This document shows positions 1-13,800 of a DNA stretch of 64,000 nt, in pieces. The notes beneath the pieces are model-generated. The model saw only the letters and a list, made by a program, of their open reading frames with translations, had not been told where the DNA came from and searched no databases. Origin of the DNA: Rhina ancylostomus (Eukaryota); the NCBI GenBank assembly GCA_030265395.1, contig JARFYF010000053.1:36303724-36367723 (forward strand), given 5' to 3'. The translations under genes and the position numbers were made by a program. Every line of letters starts with the position of its first letter. Position 1 is the stretch's first letter.

Positions 1-1032
1 TCTTTTCAAAGCTCCCGCTCTAAATCTCGCTCCAAGTCCCGACGATTGATTCTAAATTAACTTTGCGTCCCAGCTACTCTTAACGACATGGAAGGCTCGC
101 CACTGCGTCTATTCTGCGAAGTGGCTCGGACGTTGAACAGCGATTCCTCCTCAGGCAGTGTGAATGAACTGCACCGATGAGCGTATGACAATTTTTGGTG
201 TCAGAAGACCTTTTCGAATGTTTTGAAATGTATCAGATGATCAGTACCATTTGAAAAGAAAAGAAAAGTGGAAACACGTTTAGCTGATCATAAACAAAAC
301 AAATATTTCATAAAAGGTAAGAATTAAAATTATTTGTATCAGTTTATATAAGATGATTTCAAATTTGTACGCTAACGTGGCTTACTTACATGTTCAATGA
401 ACTTCGATGACTTATCCAGAATAACGTCCAGAAGAACGGGACGGACCTGGTGTGGGAGCCGAGGCTACTGTAAAGCTGAATGATGGGAAGTTGGATTGAC
501 CTAATCAACGGGGCGCTATATTTTCTTTGCGGCCTCCCCACCAAGGCGCAGCGGGCTGTGAGTGACGTCTCCGTGGACAACACTGATGTCGTTCAGGAAG
601 CTTGTGGTGTCAGAAGTGCTTTATAATTGTTTCCACGTCATTGATTTTCAGAGATAATCAAACCATAGGAAATAATTGCAAGAATTATATTGTGTTATAA
701 TCATTAAGACTATCCAGGATTATAATTTAATTTAACACAACACGAAATTTCGGGTAGATATTGAAATAAACTAATCTTAAAAACGTCAACGAAACCTTTA
801 ATTTAAATGAATGTCAGCGACTCATTTTCTTGAAGAACCAAGAGGCAACATTAAAATTTTCCCGGACACTCAGTTCAGTGCGTGACAAAATAAAATTGAG
901 TTTAATAATGAATTCATTGGCAGTGCAGGAAATCAGATATTCATGTAACTGACCGCCATTGTGTCCACGATTTCCAATACAGGTGCGGATTGGTGATGCC
1001 ACGTGCACCTAAACAGTAGTTAGCTTTCAGTA

Positions 1033-1440
1033 GAGACACAAGAAAGACTGCAGGTATTGGAAGTCTGGAGCAATACACAAAAAGCAGTCGGTCAGGCAGC
1101 ATCTATGAAGGGAAATGGACAGTCGACGTTTCGGTTCGAGACGCTTCCTCAGAATTGAAAAGAAAGAAGGGAGAAGCCAATATTAAGGAGTGGGGGTGGA
1201 GTGGGTGGGGCGAGAGTTAGCGGATAATATGTGGATCCAGGTGAGGGGGCAAGATTGGCAGCTGGGGGAGTGGGGAGTCTGAATGACATAAGAATCTGGG
1301 AGGTGACAGGTGGAAATGACGAAGGACTGAAGAAACCGAAATCTGCTAAGAGAGGAGGGTGGCCATGAAATAAAGGTTTGGCGGGGAACCAGAGGGAGGA
1401 ATGTGTGGGTGATGTGCAGATCGAAAGGCCGCGGGAGGGG
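1033..1440 (-). mobile_element. Penelope-like element 3' end with hammerhead-like core
   Basis: Reverse complement resembles the tail at 44010-44480: pyrimidine tract, CTGAGGA...GAAACGTCGACTG, GATGCTGCCTGACC. Boundaries approximate. Confidence 0.65.
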
Positions 1441-1778
1441 AAAATTAGCCTCCAGTTCTCTGCCACATTTCCAGATCGCTGACTGTACCCTGCTAGTTCC
1501 GGTTTTTCCATCATTTCAAAAAGGCAAGGATCTGTTCTGGACAAAGTAAGGAAGTGGCACTCCGGTGAAATGCGCAGGATGTCTCCATCTATCGGTTGCT
1601 TCTCCAGAAAATTTCCCTCTGCTCAACAACGCGATCCAACTCACAATACTTCATCTGACTGACCGAATGCTGATGGGTGCGATCAATTTAGAAGAACAGC
1701 AAACAATGCATTTTAAAAACATGACGGAAAGTACGTATACTTTGAGGATTGAAAATATTGGCATTTCTTTCTCCCGAC

Positions 1779-1814
1779 CTGTTTCTAGCAGCTTTCTTTT
1801 CAATGCTGTGATTT
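1779..1814 (-). CDS. Micro-exon 26 (36 nt): EITALKRKLLET
   Basis: ctctcttctttcgatttcag|AAATCAC...GAAACAG|gtcggg. Confidence 0.88.
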
Positions 1815-4800
1815 CTGAAATCGAAAGAAGAGAGGTCCTTAGGCATGAATTAGAAACAGAACAAGATCATTTGGGCGCTTAGATTTCTTTCATGCCTAAT
1901 TAAACTGTGCCATGTAGTTCCATTCCAATTACCCGTCTTTGTTCTTCATCCAACGAAGTGCTATCAATTTTATTCTGGGGATATCCAATCAAAATCGCGA
2001 TGGAAAATTATTCTAGATGCATTGCTTCTGGATTTTATTGCCTGTCTCCACCTTTTTCTCACTTACACAAGAAGCATCATTAACCCCCCCTGCTGCTTTT
2101 CTTGACTGCTCTACCCCCATCTGAGTGGACAGGATCGTTAGAAAAATCCATTGACTGGTCATCGATCCCATCTTTACTTTGACTATGCCTCCTTCCACAT
2201 TGCTTCCCGCGATGACGTGATTCAACTTTCCCAGTTGCTCCGGTTCCATTGTATTTGCTTCTGAGATTCCTTCCTTTTTTCCCTTAATAGCAGCTCCTCC
2301 TCCATGCGGCCTTTATTTCCAAATCTTCTGGTTTTATCTTTGCTCTTAACCAGAAGAAGGGTATGGGCCTTCTTGTACACAACATCCAATTCAGCAGCCC
2401 CCATTTTCAACCAATCACCCTCCATCATATCCACCAACTTCAACCTGATGCCACCATCAGGCGCGGTGTGCCTGGAGCTGTTTCCATAAGGCCTTTGAAA
2501 ATGTAAGCATGAGTGATAATTGAAACCTTGTACAATGCTGAATATCTGAAACATTTCCCCGTCAAAGCATCTTTGTTGTCCTAATGCTAGGATATCACAA
2601 ACCCTATAACGGCCAGTTCGTGTTCTTCTACCAGGAAATAATATGAAAGTGGCTGAAAATAAAAGGGTAGATTGGATTAACAAGATTGCAATGGGTGTGA
2701 TTACTGGATTATACAATATAAGGCCCAAAGAAGGATCATACAGGAGGAGAGAACGCTAGAGGTCCTTATGGGAGGCAGGGGGTCGGGTGGCATCTGTGGC
2801 ACAGTTGGCTGGGCTGTTGTTTTGGTTCAGTGGTATTTCCTAATAGGGACGGGGGTTAATGACGTAAGANNNNNNNNNNTCCCTGTTTGGATGCTGTCTG
2901 GTATGGTAACTGTTTCAAACGTTTTTCGTTTTCCCTGTCAGATTTCTAACATCTGCAGTTTTTTTGCTTTTCAGTTCTTGTCAACTTTGACGTAACTGAC
3001 ATTAACTTAGTTTCTCCATCGGTGCTGCCTGACTTGCTGACGTTTCCCAGCGCTCTCATTCATTTTAGATTTCCAACAGATGCTTTCTCCTGCACTTCGA
3101 AAATGCAACATTGTTTGTTCTTTTGTCCCTTTCTTCTATTCTCAGTGACCTCTCTTTACTTACATCACCTCCAGATATATGACCCGCCATTACCAAGACT
3201 CCATCAAGCTCCATGAGTCGACACCAATCCTTGTCATCCACTTGCTCCTTTTCGCCACCCTGTCATTGATATTTCCTTTGTTCTCACCACCCCTCTCACG
3301 ACCCCGAAACCCAATCATACCTATTTTCGAAACGTGCCCAGTTCTCCTGAAATGTCATTGACCTGAAAGCTGCAATTTCTCTCTCTCCAAAGTTGTTACA
3401 TGACCTGTTAAGTATTTCCAAGATTTTATATTTTTATTGAAATTTAAGACTCATTCTTCTGAAGGATGACGATAAACGGAAACACTAGTTATTTTAAAAG
3501 GCAGGAGTCACAGATAAGAGTAGAATGATGATACATTTTCTTTTAGCTTTCTTCGTATGACCCTCTTATTGAAGGCCCTTAAAAAGTGAGCGAGGCAATT
3601 TCTGTGCATATTATTTGCACAGATTTCTAGAATAGGCTTCGGAAGAAATAGTCAATATTATTATCGAATTGACAGAATTTGCAATTGGTCACAAACCTTT
3701 GAATGGGACTGCAAATTAACAGGCTCACTAACATGTAATTAACATGTAATTAATATTACCGACTGTTACCAATGAGAAGCAATGAGCGTTGATCGTTGTT
3801 ACTGTGGCCCAATGTTGTCCTATCCGAAATTTATTTTGCATTGCCTTGGATGCAAACTGTGTAGCTTTCTTTCCACAGTATACAATACCTGCATCCTTTT
3901 CACGCACTTCTTCTTCTGCAACGTGAAATCAAGCGGTAATTGAAGAAATACTATTTTTCACTGTTGTCCGAGTCTTAATAACCAGAATGCTTGCCGACAA
4001 TATGAAATACTTTTAAAACGTATGACATATAAAATATATATGTTCTCAAACTACATGAAAGCGGATGTGGTTTGCCATTTTCAGAGTGCTGTGGAAAAGT
4101 ATTTTATAACCAAGATATTTTTGATATCGCTATGATCCCATCTTAGAACGAAGCTTACCAGGAATGGTAGGAACGGGCCTGTTGGGTTTCTGAGCCTACG
4201 CCAGCATTTATTAAGGTTTAGACCAATCGTTTAGCTTCGTAGCATTTCCCAGCACATAGTCGAGAAAAGTATCCGTGCTTTGAACATCCTTAAATGTAAT
4301 GAACTTCAGAGCATACGCAGAAGTGCAGTAGGATAGCCGTAGCCGGGTGTCAGTGAATAACAGACAGGTCCAAGGCCCTTGCCGATAAAACCTGCTTCTA
4401 CTCTGATCATTAGTACTGTACAGACAATACATTACAATATTTATTTTTAACAATTCCATGATTGTTAAGTTAGCTCAAGTATTCAAATGTTTGGCCGTGT
4501 TTATTGAGGATAATATCATGTCCAGATTCTATCGTGACCTCGGCAGCTGTGTGTANNNNNNNNNNNNNNNNNNNNNNNNNNNNNNNNNNNNNNNNNNNNN
4601 NNNNNNNNNNNNNNNNNNNNNNNNNNNNNNNNNNNNNNNNNNNNNNNNNNNNNNNNNNNNNNNNNNNNNNNNNNNNNNNNNNNNNNNNNNNNNNNNNNNN
4701 NNNNNNNNNNNNNNNNNNNNNNNNNNNNNNNGAGAGAATAGGTTGCAGTGAAATAAGTGTGGGAATGTAGACGGATGGGATTGCTCTGAGCGGCGGGATA

Positions 4801-7800
4801 GAATGTATGGACCGAATGGCTTCTATCTATATTGTTGGAGAAAACAAAAGATGGAAAATTGCGCTGCTGGACGAAATCGGCTAACTCTTGGAATATCATT
4901 TGGGTCTGAGGAGATAGAATATGGAAATAATAATTAATTACTCTTCAGTTTTGATCATGTTAAAACACTAAGGGGATAAGAGGCAACATGGGTGCAGCAG
5001 TTCCTCGATCGTCAGGAGAGCATCCTCGCGAAGGTATATTTCATTAACTAAAGACTGGAAAGCTCTATAGAAATATGAAAGGCGGTTTTCTTGACGTTTC
5101 AAAAGTAAAGCAAAAAGAGGTTCGTAATCTATTCGCGGAGATGTACTTACCGTCTACATTGCCCTTCTTATTAATGTCTAAAATCACAAAACAGTTAAAT
5201 GACCAGAGGAATAGTAACAAGGAAACAGATGTATCACGTCCTTGCATTAACGGCGTGTGATTTTCTCGCATGCTTCTGTTTCCCCTCACAGCCTAAAGAC
5301 GTGCATCTGATAGGTTCATTAGTCAGTGAGAATTGTTCCTTGTATCTACGAACGGCGAGATCAGAGAGGAGTCAATAGGCATGTCAGGGAGTCAGTGAAG
5401 GAATAGGACTGATACGAATGTTCTGAGAGCTGTCAAAGACTAGAAGGGCAGAAAGTCCTTTTTTATGTCATAAAATAATGAGAAATACACTAAAATAACA
5501 GGAAATATCATAACGGTGGAGTTACGTTCCTCTTGCCATTCTAATAATTATTTTATTGTTATAATTTCCTGCTTTTCCTGTGGTTATTAAGATAATTTAC
5601 GACGTCCCCATGCCCTATTTTGGGAAAACCAACCACTGTGAACGTGTCGTTTTAATTCTGGAAACGATGTATCTACACCTCAGAATGGAAATTAAAACTG
5701 AGTTTTTTTAAAATCAAGTCTTCTTGTCGATTTAAACTGACAGGGAACAGAACTAGTAAAGCACACTGATTATTCAATCCGGTTCCTCGTGTACTTTTCA
5801 ATGGGGGTACATTACACTTTTAAGGAAAGCGAACAATTGGTCTGGAGGTGATATGAACGAGGCCGATACAAATCGTTAGTTTCTCGCTGGTGCGTGTTTC
5901 TCGTTTTCTTTTGTAACCCTCTCCACACCCCTGTCGAATATCTTACACCTACTGAACTCAGTGAAATCGACATACTTTTCATTATAATCGTATATTAGAA
6001 ATAACTCTTCAACATTTGAGTAATAAAATCTGCCTTTTGCAGAAGCAGAAAACATTTGTTGTAGAATCAAGTGAGGTGAAAAGAGGCGCCGTGGTCAATT
6101 TCTCACCTTCCAGTCAGGGTTTCGATCAGGTAAAATTTTAAATTATTTTGTATGTTATAAGAATTAGGCATGGACGTACTACTTCTGGGGTCGCGCTGTT
6201 ACATGCACGTTTTTCGCTTCGACAGCCTGTGAATCTATTCCACTGAAACAGTAATAGTAGTTTAGCCAAATACAACCCTATTCATCTTATCTTAATTGAC
6301 AGAAGGTGCACAGAAGAAAATAAATGCAAACACTTTGCAGATAAATACGATCTTCTGCCGTGTGTTGTGGGATTCGTAGCAATAGCTTGCCCATAAGTTT
6401 CGACATGCTGATCACAGAATGTCTTTCATTAATGTGTCATGAAGACCGTAACAGCTAAGACGTTTCTCCGTCTCTTCAAATAGTACAAGTGAATCTCTCA
6501 TGTATATATGAGATGTTTGATGTGGTTTTAAGGAGATACCCTACTGGCCTGCCTTCCCTGAATAATTCCCTGGGGAGGCATTCGTTACTGTTAGTAATCA
6601 ATTCTTGGAGTGATTTGCGAACAACTCCTGATTAACTTAACTCTTTCATTCATATTGGGCGTATCAACTGACTCGCGTCTTACCCAATAGAAAGGAATGT
6701 TAGATGAGATATTAGTACGTGCATTGGATGGGATGCGCCTTATTTCTCCATTTCAGTCTATCTTCATTGTTCCTGTCATGCAATAGTGAAGAAAATACCA
6801 ACCTTTCGTGCCTCACCTGCAATCAGCAACGATTTCTTCAGTTTTACAAGTTCTAAGTAAATATAACAGCAGCGATTTTTGTTGTGATTGGAATATCTTT
6901 TCCCACAGCGCTTTTCCCTTAAATTCGCACCAGAGAAGGGTATAGTTGTCCATTTCTCCGCATACTCCATCTCATTGCAGTTAACGATGACAGATGTTCA
7001 CTACACTTGTACATTGGTATTGACTCCAGGGAAAATTCACCCTATACTTTTATCCTCTAGTTCTCGTCTCGCCCAGCGTTATGGGAATAAGCTTGCATGC
7101 ATTCATACTTTCTACACCCCTCATAATTTTGTATACCTCTAAAAGATCTCTTCTCATTCTCACGTGCTTTAGGGAATAACTTCCTAGCCTTTTCAACCTT
7201 TCCCTATAACTCAGGTCCTCAAGTCCCGGCAACATCCTTGTAAATTTTCTCTGTTCTCTTCCAAGCTTATTGATACCTTTTCTGTAGGTAGCTGACCATA
7301 AGAGCACACAGTACTCTAATTTTGGCCCCACCGATGTCTTGTACAACTTCAACATAACATCCCAACTTCTGTACTAGATGCCCTGATTTATGAAGGCCAA
7401 TGTGCCAAAGGCTCTCTCTACGACCCTATCTGCCTGTGATGCCACTTTCAAGGAAACATTGATCTGTATTCCCACGTCCCTTTGTTGTACCGCACACTTC
7501 AGACCATTCATTGTGCAAGTCTTACACATGTTTGTCCTCCTAAAGCTCAACACCTCAATGGCAGATGGAATTTAATTCGATTTGCTATTGTTTAGCTCAT
7601 TAACTTAGCTGGCCAAGATCACGCTGCAAGCTTTGATAGCCTTCCTCGCTGTTCACAACGCCTCCAATCTTGGTGTCGTCTGCAAATTTGCTGATCCAGT
7701 TTACCACATTTTCATCCAAATAATTAATAAAGATGATAAACAACAATGGACTCAGCACCGATTCCTAAGGCACATCACTAGCCATAGGCCTCCAGTCAGA

Positions 7801-10800
7801 GAGGCAACCATCTACTCCTACTCTTTTGGTTCTACCGCTAAGCTAATGTTGAATCCAATTGACTACTTCATCCTGAATGCCAAGCAACTTAACCTTGACC
7901 AGCTCCCCATGTGGGAGGTTACCAAGAAGACAACGTCTTCTACCTTTCCCTCATCGACCTTCTTTGTAATCTCCTCGAAAAAACTCTGTCATATTGGTTG
8001 GACATGACCTACCACTACCATGTTGACTATCCCTAATCAGGCCCTGTCTATCCAAGTACTTATGTATACTCTCCCTTGGAATACCTTCCAATAACTTACC
8101 CACGACTGACATTAGGCTCACCGGCCTATAATTTCCCGGTTTATTCTGTGAAACTTTCTTGAACAATGGAGCGACATCAGTTATACTTCTGTCCTCTGGC
8201 ATCTCATCCGTGGCTGAGTCCGTTATAAATATCCCTGCCGGGGCCCCTGAAATTTCTGCAGTAGCCTTCCGCAAGGTCCGAGGAGACACCTTGTCAGGCC
8301 TCGGGGAGTTATCTCCCGTAATTCGCCTCAAGGCAGCCAGCACGTCCTCCACCAGAATCCCTGAGGCCCATGTTCTCAATACTTTTTTGCCTCCGTTCCA
8401 TAGTCTATATGTCGATTTCCATGTTCTCAATACTTTTTTGCCTCCGTTCCATAGTCTATATGTCGATTTCCAGAGTAAATAAGGATGCAAAACATTCATT
8501 TAAGATCCCTCCCATCTCCCTCAGCTCCATGCATAGATGACCACGCTGATTTCAAAAGGACCAATGTTGCCCCTCGTTATCCTTTTGACCTTAATTTAGT
8601 TTTAGAAACTCTTGGGATTCTCTTTCACCCTGTCTGCCAGAGCAATGTCATGACTTCATTTTGCCCTTCTGATTTCTCTCTTAAGTGTTGTTTTGCATTT
8701 CTTATACTGCTCAAGCGCCCCATTTAATCCCAACTGCCTATACCTGATATGTGCCACTTCCATTTTCTTTACCAGGGTCTCAATCTCCCTCGATAACCAA
8801 GGTTCCCGAAAGCTGCTAGCCTTGCCGTTTATTACAACAGGAACAAGGAACAAATGCTGATATATTTCTCTGTCAGAATGGTATGTGGCGGGAAATTAGG
8901 GTTTGTGGCAGGCTGTAGTGGTGACAAATAACTATGATGCATTTTCTAAATGGTACATACTGAATCCACGGTGAGCCAATGTGGCAGGTAATGAATCATC
9001 ATGCTTAAGCACATAGTGCCAATTGCGTGGGCTGTTTAACTGTGAATGGTGAACCTTCTCGTGTTACTTTAAGCTGCAGAACATTCAATGTGGACTGCAT
9101 CATGATCGTGACTTGTGCCTTGTAGACACCGAGAAGACTGAGAGGAAGCTGACGATATACAATCTCTTATCGACTCCTGCGGTTAGTACATTTATGTACC
9201 TGTTATGACGGCTGGAATGTGTCGTTTCCAATCGGAACAGTTCGTGTTTTGACACAACAGAGAATGATATTGACTGAGTTACCTTTCTCTTTCCACTCCA
9301 AGTTATTTTCTGCAACAAGAGAGATAGGGTTTTTCGATGTCACCGGTTGCTTATTTATACTTTTTACCTAACTTTCAATGCAAAACCTTTCGCCAAATAT
9401 TACTTCAACCACATGGACACTGAGTTCGATAAACCTGAAAGACCCGAGAAACCCCCAATTATGAATTACGATCAAACGGTCATGTGCATTACTTTGTAGA
9501 TGTGCTACACCTCATTTTAATGAAGCTGATTTTCCTTTGCTGAAACATTTTTCCTTGTTCCAGCTGTTACTTGTAGACATACCCAAAGATAAACATGCTA
9601 GATATTATCTTCATAAGATTATGAGAAATGCATGCTAGGCAAATCCGTGCACTTTATTCATCGTGAACTATGGCATTAACGGAAAACCATGTCATCCAGG
9701 GCCTCGAATCTGGATTGAAATTTTGACTCATATGCGGCCGGCTGCTTCTGATTCCTTTTATTTATAATCACAATTTGCACTTCTATCGCTTCATTCTAAG
9801 CCACTGGTTACATACCAGGTGGAAATTTAAGGCAGAATATCCGTGTTCCACTTTTACCAGAGTCAATATGTGACAAAGGCGATGTTCGCGCGATCCAGTT
9901 ACCCTACACCAGGAACAGATTGAAATGAGCGCAAAGTCGTGGGTTTCCAACGCACACGAAGATCGGAATAGAAGGAGGGCTGTGTCTTCAGGTTTCTTTG
10001 CCTTCCTTTGAGCGTCAGTGGCAAAAAATAACATTTATTTTTAGTTCGTGATTCCTATCTCCAGGCTCAAAGGACTGAAGCCGATTAAATATCATGACAT
10101 CTGTCATTTTGCCGTCAGGTGAGGCAGCCTCAGTACAGATGGAGAAAACGGAACACATCTCATTTGAGAAAGAGGAAATTCTGGAAAATCTGCTCTTGTT
10201 CTCTGCAGAACAGCGACCTAATTTAACAGACATATTTCTCCTCATGACGTGGCTTATGACTGGAGTCCCCGATCATTTCATGGGATTGGCATTTAAAACA
10301 AACTACTTACAGTTCAAAGTTTTAATTGATTTTTCCGTATTGTTGGCTTTTGGATACCCCACCCCCATCTCACGTGACCAAGGTGTGGCGAACCAACGAG
10401 ATGGCACCTCCGCATTCAGCCCAGGTATGTGCAGGCGAGTGGATTCTACAGAAAGGATGATGTTCGGCGAACGCAATTCAGCTTGCCAGGTCCAGGACCG
10501 AGTGTTCGCCGAACAGTGTGTTGGGTGTGAAAGTCATTAACGCTGTGCTCTGCTACGGCAAATTTTTATTCCATAATACAGTATAATAACTGTTGCGGAG
10601 TCTTCAAGTCACAGAGATACAGCTTGGAAACAGGCCCTTCGGCCCCTAGTGTCCGCACCGACGATCAACCACCCATTTTGCACTAACTCGGCATTAATTC
10701 CATCTTCATTTTCCGCACATTCTCTTTACCTCTCCCTAGATCTTACTAATAGTGGATCCAAAAAGTTCTAATGAAGTTCAAATTGCTCGTCTGTCCTGTC

Positions 10801-13800
10801 ACCAGACTTTTCTATCTTCCCCTAAATGTAAATACGACGAATCTCCTGAATTGTTTTGAATCTTGGGTTCTTGAGAGTGCCAGGTATTCATCTCTTTGTA
10901 TTGAAGAAGTGTCTCGGATCTGAAACGTTCACCCTGTTTCTCTCTACTCAGACGCTGCCTGACCGGCTCAGTGTTTTCAGCATGTTATATGTTTGTTTTA
11001 TCCTTTCTTCGTTGGCAGTCATGTTGAAAAACTTACTGATTTGAATAACAGCTATTATTTCCATCAATCTGCAATTTTCTCTTCCCCGACCTAAGGCTAT
11101 GACCAACCTCTTCATCACCAGCCTCATTATTGTCTGATTCGGTTCTTTGTCAACTGTTGTTTCAGTATGTTCTCTCCGTCGCCGTAAAAGCAAACTGCGT
11201 CCGTTTTATTGACTTCTGTTCCACTGACCTGCTTCTTGAAGTCTTTTTCTCAAAGCTGTTATTTCTAAAAGTATATGAAAGTGTGTCTTTAGCTGACGAT
11301 AGATAAAGATTCATTAAGTCCCTGCAGAGATTACTTGCTTCTGTAGCACTATAAAGCATGACGTCACATCATAGGCACAGAAGTGCACGATTGGTTGAAC
11401 TTTGATGAAGCAATCAAACTGGCGGTTTTGTTTCCCATTTACACAGAATCTAATGCTTATGTGTTTTCAAGCGTATACTCTTTCCTTCTCTTAGAAATTT
11501 GAAATTGAATCTGCTTCCGCCACAATTTGCGGTAGTGACCTTTTGATCGGAACTTGTAGCACCAGTATTATTCGCAAAGACCCCTGTAATTATCTTATCG
11601 ATTACTATCTGCCCTCTATTTATCACATGCACCTAATCTTATCTGTTCCACAAATTACATCAGCAATCTTCGACTGGCGATCATGGATTATGAAAGCAAA
11701 TTTTAAAGCGCATATGTTTTACGGTTGGGGTTAAGATTAATTGTGGACTTATTGAACTTGGCAAGAATATAAGAAAAATAAATTGTTATTGGCCCAGTGG
11801 GAATTCACTGTGTGCCATCACGCGCACTCCCTCATGTCTACGTAGTAGAAGTTATCTAAGCTAGAATAAATCTTCGAGTGGCAACAAGTTCTTGCAATTT
11901 GCTTGAAATTGATCGATGAGGCTTTCTGCAAGGAAAGGTCGTAATAGCACAGAAATATTTTGGCATTCATCGTTCTCAGGTTGAACTTACTGTTAAAGAT
12001 GTTAAACAGCTTGAAAATTTGTGAATGGAATATACTAGAAATATTCAAAAGCTCCCAACAATTATATATCTTAAATTGAAAATGCAGAATGCATAAAAGG
12101 CAAGAAACATTTAAAATGTATTAGTTGCCGGGAATTGCAGGAAGACGACATTCCAGCTCTTGAATCCATGACTGCAGTGGACGGGAAGTGGCTGTGAAAA
12201 AGTATGGGATCTGGGCGTTTCTGCAGCTGCCTTGCACTTCACAGCTACAGAGGTAAGTCCCAGCAGTTAGTCATGAAATGGTTGTTGTTTTCTTTTGCAG
12301 AGCGACCGAACTATTTTGCCGAATAAATTACATTTCCTAATGTTATGTACCGCATAGGCATGCCCTGAATTTACGTCACTAAAAACACATGTGTCACCAT
12401 ACCTCAAGTATCAACAATCTCATCAAATACTTGTGATATTATCATAAGAACAGGAATGTATTATTTTATACGTGTATCGATCGAACGAAGAAAAATTTAT
12501 GATCTTTCTTACATCAGTTTCTCTGCTGTCGTCAAAGAATGAAATGAATTTACATCAGCATATTCGGACTATTATCATGATGATCTATATTTACATCTGC
12601 AACAATGAATACTCTTACAGATTCCTCCTGTGCCGCACGTCGTCTGATGCCTGTGTTACCTTTGTAGCTGATATGCCTATCACCTTCTCGTCTTGACTCT
12701 CATCCTCTACCCTCACAGGCATTGTTTGTCACAATGTTGATCCAGAGCAAACTCACAGAGAACCCAAATGCGGCACACTGATACAAGACTGGAGTCAGGA
12801 NNNNNNNNNNNNNNNNNNNNNNNNNNNNNNNNNNNNNNNNNNNNNNNNNNNNNNNNNNNNNNNNNNNNNNNNNNNNNNNNNNNNNNNNNNNNNNNNNNNN
12901 NNNNNNNNNNNNNNNNNNNNNNNNNNNNNNNNNNNNNNNNNNNNNNNNNNNNNNNNNNNNNNNNNNNNNNNNNNNNNNNNNNNNNNNNNNNNNNNNNNNN
13001 NNNNNNNNNNNGACCGTTAAATCGTCTTATAACAGTGGGATAGAGGCTGTCCTTGAGCCTGGTGGTACGTGCTTTCAGGAATTTGTATCTTCTATCCGAT
13101 AGGAGGGGGAAGAAGAGGGAAAGGCCGACGTGGGTGAGGACTTTGATTATGTTGGCTGCTTTACCTGGGTAGCGACAAGTGTAGACAGAGTCCATGGAGC
13201 AGCTGCTCTGCTAAGCTGCAATGCGTGCGGACAGGATATTTTCCATGGTACATCGATAAAAATTGGTGAAGATTAAAAGGGGACATGCCAAATTTCTTTA
13301 GGCTCATGAGGAAGTAGAGGCACTGGTAAGCTTTCTTTGCCATGGCGTCTACGTGGTTGGACCAGGGTAGGCTGTTGGTGATGTTCACTCCTAGAAACGG
13401 GTAGCTCTCAACCCTCTCGACCTCAGCGCCGTTGATGTAAACAGGAACAGGTGCACCGCCCCTCTTTTTGAAGTCTGCCACCAGCTCTTTTGCTGAGATT
13501 GAGTGAAAAGTTGTTGTCATGACACAATGTCTCTACCTCCATCCTGCACTCTCATCGTTACTTGAGATACGGCCCACTACGGCGCTATCATCTGAAAACT
13601 TGCAGATGGAATTAGAGAAGAATCTGTCCACGCAGTCGTGTGTGTATAGTGAATAGAGTAGGGAGCTGAGGGCCCAGCCTTGTGGGACTCCAGTGTTGAG
13701 GATAATCTTGGCGAAGCAGTTGCTGCCTATTTGTTCTATTCTCGCAGAATAGAAAGATACCAGAGTGTTTTGGCCAGGAGCTCCGCATCGGTTAGATCAT

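Noticed and set aside
10311-10346. 36-nt minus-strand segment with a good donor (ANNTEKSIKTLN)
   Set aside because: Purine-rich acceptor, and its terminal T would form TAA with exon 22.
12141-12252. Plus-strand exon-like segment ending AGAG|gtaagt
   Set aside because: Acceptor lacks a pyrimidine tract and no partner exons were found.
12570-12596. 27-nt segment DVNIDHHDN
   Set aside because: Very weak donor (ATA|gtccga) and no fit to the repeat.
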